Shown: positions 28,130 through 36,235 of the stretch, piece by piece
Numbering within the stretch: the first letter of the stretch is position 1
Layout of the letters: each line of letters begins with the position of its first letter
DNA from: Planctomycetota bacterium
GTDB taxonomy: Bacteria > Planctomycetota > B15-G4 > SIAN01
Assembly (NCBI GenBank): GCA_031409275.1
Contig: JANNXA010000007.1
Span: 68,770 to 132,769 of the forward strand
Length of the DNA: 64,000 bases
Direction: 5' to 3'
Translations under genes and position numbers: made by a program
Notes under the pieces: model-generated
Databases searched by the model: none
What the model saw: only the letters and a program-made list of their open reading frames with translations
What the model was told of the DNA's origin: nothing

Positions 28130-30445
28130 CTACTCTTCATCCGCCGGGGCATCGGCGTTCGGGCTGATCAAGAACTCGATTCCAGCATCGAGTTGAAAGT
28201 TGCCGCTGCCGTCGGGCGCGAGGTCGCCGAAACTCCATGTGATCACGCTGCCGCGGCGCTGCTCGTGGCACTTGGTGCACGATTCAGGGACCGGGAGCGC
28301 GATCCAGTCGAGCTCCTCGCGACGCCGGTCGGTGATGGTCAGCGGAACGACGCACGGAAGCGGTTCGCCGAATCGCAGGTCGAGCACCATCGGTTCGCTC
28401 TGGTAGCCACCGCAGCGCACCGTGACCGTCAAGAGCGCGCGCGGCAGCGGTGCCAGCGCGAACGCGTCGGGACGCGTGCTCGTGGCTTCGAGTCCTGCCG
28501 CGGAGAGTTCCGGCTCGTTCGCCGCGAGCACCAGCGAATCGCCTTCGGCGCGCGCGCGATCGAGGCGATCGGCGCCGTTGTCGCCGGCGAGGACTCGAAT
28601 CGCGCCGTCCGACGGCGCGACCAGCCAGTCGCCGAGATCGGTCGTGGCCTCGTTCACGCGGTACACGGTGAGAGCCCGCCCCAAGGAGATCGTGATCGCC
28701 TGGTTGACCGCGCCATCGCCTTCTGGCTCCACGGCATCGGCATTCAGCGGCACCAACGGCTCGCCCACCGAGGCACGCACCGCCTCGACATCGGGCTTCC
28801 AGTTTCCTTGCGCGATCACCTTGCCGTCGCGCTCGATGGTGAACTCGAGGTCGGTCGGAGTCTCCTTGTGGAAGCTCGACCAGTCGCCACTGAAGAGGGC
28901 GCCGCGCGCGTGACGCAGCTCGATGCGCGCGAGGGTTGGCGCACTGACCTCCAGCGATTGCCAGACGTAGCCGCCACGCGTCACTTCCACGCGTCGCTGC
29001 TCCACGATCTGCCGCGCGGGATCGAAGGCGCGCAGGAAGTAGGTGCCCTCCGCCAGCTGCTGGAAGCGGAAGCTGCGATCTCCGGTCAACGTGAACCAGG
29101 TCGGTTCGTCGCCTTCGCCACAGCCGTGCGCCGGCTCCGTTTCTTGCCCCTTGCTGCGCTCCGATTCGACCCGCGGCGCCAGGCAGTCGGCGCAGCGGCG
29201 GCGGCCGTAACCGCGCAACTCGACCTGCACCGGCGCGTCGAGCGCGAGGTGGCGCGCGATGACGTCGCCCTCGATCACGCCATTGCCGCGCGCCATCACG
29301 ACGTGGCCGAGGTCGAGCGGGAGCGCCGGGTCGACGGTGAACTCCGGGAGCTCGAGCGGCTCGTAGCCGCGCGCGTGCAGCCGCGCCGTCCAGCGGCCCG
29401 CGGTCAGCGCCGCGTCGATCGCCGCGCCGCTGGTGGTCTCGGCGAAGCGCTGTTCCGACAAGAAGCGCACCGCCACTTCGCCTTCGATCGGCAGGCCGCT
29501 GTCGCGATCGAGGACTTGCAGATGGACGCGGCCCGCCTGCGGCAGCGCCACCTCGGCGCCCGCCCCCGCAGAGCCGTCGCTCCCGACGAGCTCGCGCTGC
29601 GCGCCCAGTGCCGCCGCGTCGGGCAACGCCGCACTGTGCGCTGGATCGGCCAGTGGCGCGTCGGCTCGCGGTGCATCGAGACGCGCCCGCACGCCACCCA
29701 TCGATGGCGGCAACCAGCTCGACCGCGTCGTGACGCCCGCGACCACGACCGTCACGCCGGCGAGCCCGGCCAGCAGCCAACCCTTCACCGCCATGATCGA
29801 GACTCCTGCCACGCACGCCGCACTCGTCGCGGTCGCCAACACCCCGCCACTCGCCGCCGTCGCACCGACCGCCGCCGTCTTCCAGCCCGCCACCGGAAGC
29901 AACAACGGGACCCACGCCTGCGCCCCGAACTTCGTGTCGAGCTGCGCGCGCAACCGATCGAGTCCGCGGCGCACTCGGACCCGCACGGTGTCGGCCGGAA
30001 GGCCGACTCGCGCGGCGATCTGCGCCGTCGTGAGCCCTTCATGGAAGCGCAGCAGCAACGTCGTGCGCTCCGGTTCGCGCAAGTCGAGAACGGCGCGCGC
30101 CAACGTTTGTTCGAGCTCGACCTGGGCGACCAGCTCCTGCGTCGAGGGCAGCGCTTCGTGGCGCGCCGCCGCCTGCTCGCGAGCATCTCGCCGCGACTCG
30201 CCACGCCGCCACTTCGCGGCCAGATGGCGCGTCGCCGTGGCCAACCAGCTGCGCAGCGCCGAGGACTCGCGCGGCGGATGCTCGAGCCCCGCGATCAGCA
30301 CCTCTTGCGCGACATCGTCCGCCGCCGCCGGCGCCACCAACCGCCGCGCCAACGCGCGCACGAAGCCGCGCTGCGCCAGCAACCGCGCGGCGTGCGGCGA
30401 TGCGTGCATCGGATCGTCGTCGAAGGAGTTGATGGGCGGGTTCAT
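28130..30445 (-). CDS. ECF sigma-70 factor fused to a long C-terminal extension (TM, beta-sandwich domains, CxxCH)
   Basis: ADDVAQEV, LRSWLAT, LLRFHEGLTTAQIA...TVRVRVRRG; hydrophobic stretch; ARGYEP and LAEGTYFL; CTKCH. Confidence 0.85.
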   Translation of the reverse strand: MNPPINSFDDDPMHASPHAARLLAQRGFVRALARRLVAPAAADDVAQEVLIAGLEHPPRESSALRSWLATATRHLAAKWRRGESRRDAREQAAARHEALPSTQELVAQVELEQTLARAVLDLREPERTTLLLRFHEGLTTAQIAARVGLPADTVRVRVRRGLDRLRAQLDTKFGAQAWVPLLLPVAGWKTAAVGATAASGGVLATATSAACVAGVSIMAVKGWLLAGLAGVTVVVAGVTTRSSWLPPSMGGVRARLDAPRADAPLADPAHSAALPDAAALGAQRELVGSDGSAGAGAEVALPQAGRVHLQVLDRDSGLPIEGEVAVRFLSEQRFAETTSGAAIDAALTAGRWTARLHARGYEPLELPEFTVDPALPLDLGHVVMARGNGVIEGDVIARHLALDAPVQVELRGYGRRRCADCLAPRVESERSKGQETEPAHGCGEGDEPTWFTLTGDRSFRFQQLAEGTYFLRAFDPARQIVEQRRVEVTRGGYVWQSLEVSAPTLARIELRHARGALFSGDWSSFHKETPTDLEFTIERDGKVIAQGNWKPDVEAVRASVGEPLVPLNADAVEPEGDGAVNQAITISLGRALTVYRVNEATTDLGDWLVAPSDGAIRVLAGDNGADRLDRARAEGDSLVLAANEPELSAAGLEATSTRPDAFALAPLPRALLTVTVRCGGYQSEPMVLDLRFGEPLPCVVPLTITDRRREELDWIALPVPESCTKCHEQRRGSVITWSFGDLAPDGSGNFQLDAGIEFLISPNADAPADEE

Positions 30446-30630
30446 GGAACTCCACTTGTGTCCCGTAACAGAAGTTCACGAACAGATCCGGGTGTCCGCG
30501 TCGTTTGCGGCGAGGAGGCCCGACGAAGCGGCGGACGAGGTGGGCCCCGCAGATGGAAGTGAACTTCAGTTACTGGACACTACGGAGTACCCGCGAAGGC
30601 GCCGGCCGCGAAGGGGGCACCGATTTTTCG

Positions 30631-31329
30631 TCAGAGCGCGGCGAGCGCGCGCCGGGCGGCCGCGGTCGCGTGCAAGCTCGTCGTGTCGTAGAGCGGGATG
30701 GGCGAGTCCGCGGCGCCGATCAGCAGCGTGATCTCGGTGCACCCGAGGATCACCGCCTGCGCTCCACGCGCCGCCAACGTGCGCACGATGCGGCGGTACT
30801 CCTCGCGCGAACTCTCCAGCACGCGGCCGCGGCAGAGCTCCTCGAAGATCACGCGGTTCACAACCTCGCGATCGGCGCCATCGGGCACCAGCGCCTCGAT
30901 GCCGTGGCTCACGCGCAACCGCTCCCGATAGAACTCCTCCTCCATCGTGAAGCGCGTGCCGAGCAGCCCGACTTTGCGCCACCCGGCCTGCGCGATCGCC
31001 TGCGCCGTCGGATCGACGATGTGCAGCAGCGGAAGCCCGACCTGCGCTTCGATCCGTGGCGCGACCTTGTGCATCGTGTTGGTGCAGAGCACCAGGAAGT
31101 CCGCCCCCGCGGCCGCCACGCGCCGCGCGGCTTCGACCAGCCCGTCGCCGATCTCCTCCCAAGCGCCGCTGCGCAGTCGCGGCTCGTACTCGGCGAAGTC
31201 GACGCTGTAGAGCGCCACCTTCGCGGAGTGGAGCCCGCCGCACTGCGCGCGGACCACCTCGTTCAGCACGCGGTAGTAAGGAATGGTCGATTCCCAGCTC
31301 CTCCCGCCGATCAGCCCGATGGTCTGCAT
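30631..31329 (-). CDS. aspartate/glutamate racemase family protein (YgeA/RacX-like)
   Basis: IGLIGG.SWEST..YY, LCTNTMH, GLLGTRFTME, ILGCTEI. Confidence 0.92.
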   Translation of the reverse strand: MQTIGLIGGRSWESTIPYYRVLNEVVRAQCGGLHSAKVALYSVDFAEYEPRLRSGAWEEIGDGLVEAARRVAAAGADFLVLCTNTMHKVAPRIEAQVGLPLLHIVDPTAQAIAQAGWRKVGLLGTRFTMEEEFYRERLRVSHGIEALVPDGADREVVNRVIFEELCRGRVLESSREEYRRIVRTLAARGAQAVILGCTEITLLIGAADSPIPLYDTTSLHATAAARRALAAL

Positions 31330-31459
31330 GATTTGCTCGTCCGCTCTTCCTCGCCTGCCGCAGGAGCCCCCATTTCACGCGACGCGACCGGCGTGCCTCC
31401 CCGCAAATGGCGTCGCGAGCGAACCTCTCGCCCCGGGCGCGTCCCAATTCCGCTGCTAG

Positions 31460-31619
31460 CAGCCCGTTGGAGAAGTCACCGCGAGTCTGGCGAGCGGATT
31501 TCGAGTCGGGACGAGGAGGAGGTTCGAAGCCAACTCCCCGGTGAGTTGTCGAGAGCCTCCGACGAAATACCGCCTTGAAAGACGCCGCTAGGCGACACGG
31601 GGAGTTCTCCAACGGGCTG
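31460..31619. mobile_element. 160-bp MITE-like non-autonomous element
   Basis: Perfect 15-bp TIRs CAGCCCGTTGGAGAA / TTCTCCAACGGGCTG, with CTAG on both sides (31456-59, 31620-23); no transposase inside. Confidence 0.65.
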
Positions 31620-31840
31620 CTAGCCCGTTTGATTCACGAGCCCCGTCGCGAGGAGACGGGATGTCGGCGCAGGACGAGGAGGGAAATCGCGGCTCCGACG
31701 ATGCGGGTCTGCCGACCCGCTGAGGAAGGAGCGCGGTTTTCCGACGATGTCATGCGTCGACAGACCGAGCTGTAGCAGGGCGCTCGCGAATAAAGCGGGT
31801 TAGGCGTCGCCGCACGGGAGCGATTCGAAGGAAAACCCCG

Positions 31841-33970
31841 ATGCCGTCGAATTCGTCGCATGCACAGCGCCGGTCAAGTGTTGCCAGCGCTCAGCCCTTC
31901 GGCGCTGCGCTGGCGGTTCTCGCGTTCGTGCCGCCGGCTTTCGCGCAGGAGACGCGCTGGACACGAGCCGGGTCGCCAGGACTCGACGAACTTGGGCGCG
32001 CAGTCGCGTGGGTCGAGGACTGGGATGGCGACGGCAAGCGGGGCATCGCGGTTGGCGTGCCGACGGACGATCCGTTCGCGGTTCTACGCGTCATCGTCTA
32101 CGCGACCGGCGACGGCGCGACCCTCCTCGGACGGCAGGACGAACCGGGCACCGGCTTCGGCGCGCGAGTGGACGCGTTGGGCGACGCTGACGGCGACGGC
32201 CGATCGGAGCTGCTCATCGCGGCGCCCCGCGCTCTGGATGCGGCGACCGACATCACGGGCGAGGTCGCGCTCTTCGACGCGAGCGGGCAAGTGCGCTGGA
32301 CTTGGCGCGATACGGTCGCTGGCAGCGACATGACCTACGCGGCCGTGATCGGCGATGTCGATCGGCGACGTCGACGCCGATGGAGTCGAGGACCTTCTCC
32401 TGATCGTCCCCTTCCGATTCCGTGACGGCGCTTGCTACGCGTACTCCGGTGCGACCGGCTCTTTCCTCTACCGCATGTCCGTGTGGGATCCCCGGGGCGC
32501 GGTTGCGAATCTGGGCGATGTCGACGGCGACGCGATCCCCGACTTCGCCTTGCTCGGATTCGTGACCGAAATCAGCGACAACTATCTCGTCATCGGTTCT
32601 GGAATCGACGGTGCGACGATCCAACGCGCCGATGTCGCGGGCTACGCGCTGGCGCCGGTGGGCGACGTCGACGGTGACGGCGCAATCGACTTCGACGGCG
32701 ATGGATCGCTCGAGCTTCTCTGCGGGTTGGGAGACGAGCCCGATCCGGCGGGAAGCGCGATGACCGGCGCGGTGAAGGTCATGCGCGTCGCGGATGGGGC
32801 GCTGCTGTTCGAGCGGTCGGCCGCAGGATTTTCGGACGTGCGATTCGGCGACGGCATCGCGCTGCTGCCCGATCGCGACGGTGACGGCGCTCCCGAGGTT
32901 CTGATGGCGTCACTGAAGGAGGCCGGGGATCTGGCGCCGAACCCGAAGGTGCAGATCCTCTCGTCCATCGATGGCCACACGTTGTCGAGCTTCCCCGTTG
33001 CGGGAGGGATCGGAACGAGCGGCCTGCCGATGATCGGCATCTCCGACGTCAGCGGTGACGCGGTCGACGACTGGCTCTTCGCGAGTGCCGATCGGACGGT
33101 CGAGGTGCGTTCCGGCGTCGATGACGCACTGCTTCAGACGTGGTCGCTGCCGATGGGCGAGCCGATCGCGATCGCCGCAGCGACCGACGCTGCCGGCCAC
33201 GCGATCGTGGCCTTCGTCTCCTACGACAGCGTTGCCAAGGACTCGGAGATCCGCGTGCATGACGTCACCGCAGTCGCGGATCTCGTCGTGGTCAAGGCGA
33301 AACACTGGAGCAGCGTCGCTTGCCTCGGCGACGTGAACGGCGATGCGGTCCGCGACTGGGTGGGATGCGACGTGGCGCCGCTTTATGGCAAGGTCCTCGC
33401 GTTCTCCGGCTCGGACGGCAAAACGCTGTGGAGCCACACCGGAACGAGCGTCGTCCAGGACCACCACGTCTGGTCGCCCGGCCTCCTGATGTCGCCGCAC
33501 AAGCTGCTCGGCCGCAGCGGCGCGAACGGCACGAAGCTGTTCGAGATCTCGAATCCGCCGGGCGGCGACGACTTCGCCACGGCAGTCAGTTCGATCGGCG
33601 ACGTGAATCACGATGGCTGCCGCGATTTCGCCGTCGGCTCTCCCAAGGCGAGCGCGGTCGTCGAATTCGTCGACCTCTTCCTCGAGATCGATCCGCCGTT
33701 CGCCTTCGAGCTGCAGACCGTCGTCGCCTCCACGCGCGGCGGCGGCCCCAGCCGGCTCACCGGCCTCTACATCGTCTCGATCGACGGTGTCCCCGTCGAT
33801 GAGTTCGGCGAGTTCGGCGAGTTCGGCGTGCTCGACACGTTCGGCGAGTGGACGACCAGTGACGTGATCCCGAGGGCTTCAGCGGCACCGACTTCGAGTT
33901 CCAGTCGTGGGCGTTCGGCGCGGACGGGAAGTTGTCGTGGTCGACGCCGGAGACGCTGACGATCCGGTGA
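31841..33970 (+). pseudogene. FG-GAP/integrin-alpha repeat exported protein with two frameshifts (pseudogene or assembly error)
   Basis: Repeated GDxDGDG motifs across ORFs 31841..32425 and 32355..33959; 13-nt tandem duplication near 32347-32372; second shift near 33870 restores ...EGFSGTDFEFQSWAFGADGKLSWSTPETLTIR*. Confidence 0.7.
33801..33827 (+). repeat. GAGTTCGGC x3 tandem repeat (EFG x3)
   Basis: Read directly from the sequence. Confidence 0.8.
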
Positions 33971-34281
33971 GGAAGCCGGCCGCGACGACTCGAAGCGTGT
34001 CGAGTTTCCCCGCCGCATCGCGTTGCTCGCGCTGACGGTCGCGCTCGTGGGACAGGCGTCACCGGCCATCCTCCCCGGAACGGGGTCAGATGGACCGAAA
34101 CCAGACCGGAAGCTCTCCGACCTAGTGGCTCAGAAGCGGGGAGCAGAGCCGGCCGCGTCACCGTGTCGATCGGTTGAGCAGTATGGTCGCGCGAACCCGC
34201 GCCATCGGACGCGCAGGAACAGGATCCACGGAACCTATGAGTGCAGCGCGAACTGGATCCATCACGGACGCGGAGCATGGG

Positions 34282-35391
34282 ATGGCGCGCGGCGGAGTGC
34301 GTGCGGCGTTGGCAGCAGTCGTCATGTTTGCCCTTGTCCCGGCAACCTCCTGCACGACGACCCATGACGCGGCGAGATCGGGGCGGAACGACAGCGTCAC
34401 CGGCCCGCCTGCACTGCTCCGATATGAAACCGTGCGCTCGATCCTCGAGGACAGCAAAGGCAACTACTGGTTCGGCAGTTGGAACCAGGGTGTCTGCCGC
34501 TTCGACGGCAAGCGCCTCACTTATTTCACGGTCGAGGACGGCCTGAGTGACAACCAGATCCGGTCGATCCATGAGGATCGCAACGGGGTGGTGTGGTTCG
34601 AGGGCGGCGTCGGCATCAGCGGCTTCGACGGGGAGCGGATCATCACGCCGACCAACAAGAGCTACGCCTCGAAGCGCGACTGGCAGCTGGGGGCGGGCGA
34701 CCTGTGGTTCAAGGAGGAGGGGTCGATCGGGGCAACCGCACTCGAGGCGCTACCGGGCGCGTATCGGTACGACGGATCGACTTTCACCTACCTGGCCTAC
34801 CCCGTCGCCGCAGATCGCGACCGCATCAGCGGCTACGCGACCACATGCATTGCCAGGGGGGAAGGCGGGCGGACCTGGTTTGCGACCTACAGCGCGGTGT
34901 TTGGATACGACGGCGATGCCTTCACCGTCCTTGATGACAAGAGCCTGGGGCTCGGCGAGAACGCGGGGCGGCTGCACGTTCGTTGTGTCTTCGAGGACAG
35001 CAAAGGGCGGCTCTGGATCGGCAACAACGGAATCGGGGTCATCCTGCGCGATGGCTCCACCGTCACGCAGTTCACGCAGGAGAAGGGGCTCGGAAAGATG
35101 GGACCGCACGGCGGGCGATCGACGCCGTTGCCCGGAGACGTGACCGATGGTTCGCCCACGCTGCATCGCGTCTTCTCGATCGGCGAAGACCGCGCTGGGA
35201 ACATCTGGTTTGGCACCGTCGAGAACGGCGCCTGGCGATACGACGGCAAGTCGATTCGCAACTACACGGCCGCCGACGGGTTGACGAGCAAGGACATCAT
35301 GGGCATCTACACGGATCGGCATGGCGACCCGTGGTTGGCAGGGAACGGTGTGTTCAAGTTCAACGGCGCGTCGTTCGACCGGATTCACTGA
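34282..35391 (+). CDS. two-component-regulator-propeller repeat protein, probable lipoprotein
   Basis: Repeats of EDSKGNYWFG, EDRNGVVWF, EDRAGNIWFG and DGL; signal peptide ending ATS-C. Confidence 0.85.
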   Translation: MARGGVRAALAAVVMFALVPATSCTTTHDAARSGRNDSVTGPPALLRYETVRSILEDSKGNYWFGSWNQGVCRFDGKRLTYFTVEDGLSDNQIRSIHEDRNGVVWFEGGVGISGFDGERIITPTNKSYASKRDWQLGAGDLWFKEEGSIGATALEALPGAYRYDGSTFTYLAYPVAADRDRISGYATTCIARGEGGRTWFATYSAVFGYDGDAFTVLDDKSLGLGENAGRLHVRCVFEDSKGRLWIGNNGIGVILRDGSTVTQFTQEKGLGKMGPHGGRSTPLPGDVTDGSPTLHRVFSIGEDRAGNIWFGTVENGAWRYDGKSIRNYTAADGLTSKDIMGIYTDRHGDPWLAGNGVFKFNGASFDRIH

Positions 35392-35639
35392 CACCGTCGG
35401 CGCGCTCCGAGCGTCGCGCTACGCCGCGAGGCGGTGCGAGGACAGCGGAAGGGGGACTTGCTCGGTGCCGGAGCAACCGGTCAATGCGAACAGAGATCAG
35501 CGATCGCAAATGTCGCCCTGGGGCGGTGCGCCCGATCCCTTGAATCCCGCTGTCAACCGGCCGCTCCGAGTTCGAGTCCCTCTCGGCCCCAATTACCCCC
35601 GACGCGAACAGACAGCAGTTCGCTTTTGCGAAGCACTCG

Positions 35640-35940
35640 CGGAGCCAGAAGCTTCCCACGCCGCCGCGGCCGAGCTCCCGCATCAGGCGATCGCTGGCGA
35701 TCTGCGGCGTGCGCGGCGGGTGGCGGACGGCGATCGTCCCCGCCAGCGCGAGCAGCTCGCCGAGGGGCTCCACGCGGTCGGGCCACTCCGTACCGGCCGC
35801 CTCGTCCTGCGACTTCGACGGTCGATTCGACGCTCCTGCCACGGCGACGCCCCCTCACGCGGCGCCGGCGGGACCCGGCGTCGCGAAGAAAAGGCCTTCA
35901 CGAGCAACACTTCCGCCGCACGTCTGCGCTCTTACCCGAC
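35640..35940 (-). pseudogene. decayed remnant of a Ser/Thr kinase N-terminus, possibly preceded by an ECF sigma C-terminal remnant
   Basis: LALAGTIAVRHP..QIASDRLMRELGRGGVGSFWL aligns by eye with QLAEKVAVRRP..RIGGFEIVAEIGRGGMGAVFL of the adjacent kinase; upstream GKSAD/AAEVLLVKA across a frameshift. Confidence 0.5.
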
Positions 35941-36025
35941 GTAGTGCGTCACTCATCGGACGGGTGAAGCGCAGCGGCCTCCGGAAGAGCCTCGCGGCGC
36001 GTCACCCAAGAACCAGGAGCGAACC

Positions 36026-36235
36026 ATGAAGCACGATCCGAAGACGGAAGTGGTGAAGGCGATCCAGATCCGGACGGGTTTGCGGTGCGGCGGGACCAGA
36101 CTGAACCACTCGGCCGTCGCGATCCGAACCGGCATCCGCGGCGGCGCCTCGCGAACGAATCACGCCGTGATCTCGGTTCGGACCGGAGTGCGCGGCGGCG
36201 GGCTGCGGACGAACCACTCCACCGCGAAGGTGTGA
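36026..36235 (+). CDS. 69-aa peptide with three 18-aa repeats (RTGxRxGxxRxNH)
   Basis: AGGAG RBS and ATG; repeats conserved as protein while codons diverge. Confidence 0.75.
   Translation: MKHDPKTEVVKAIQIRTGLRCGGTRLNHSAVAIRTGIRGGASRTNHAVISVRTGVRGGGLRTNHSTAKV
36059..36220 (+). repeat. 3 x 54-bp imperfect tandem repeat inside the peptide gene
   Basis: AIQIRTGLRCGGTRLNHS / AVAIRTGIRGGASRTNHA / VISVRTGVRGGGLRTNHS. Confidence 0.8.

Noticed and set aside
36059..36220. CRISPR array or non-coding repeat interpretation
   Set aside because: Units are codon-degenerate, lack spacers, and no cas genes are present
12619..36235. LanC-like protein as maturase of the repeat peptide
   Set aside because: 22 kb apart, no dehydratase, the peptide has one Cys and the LanC-like protein appears exported
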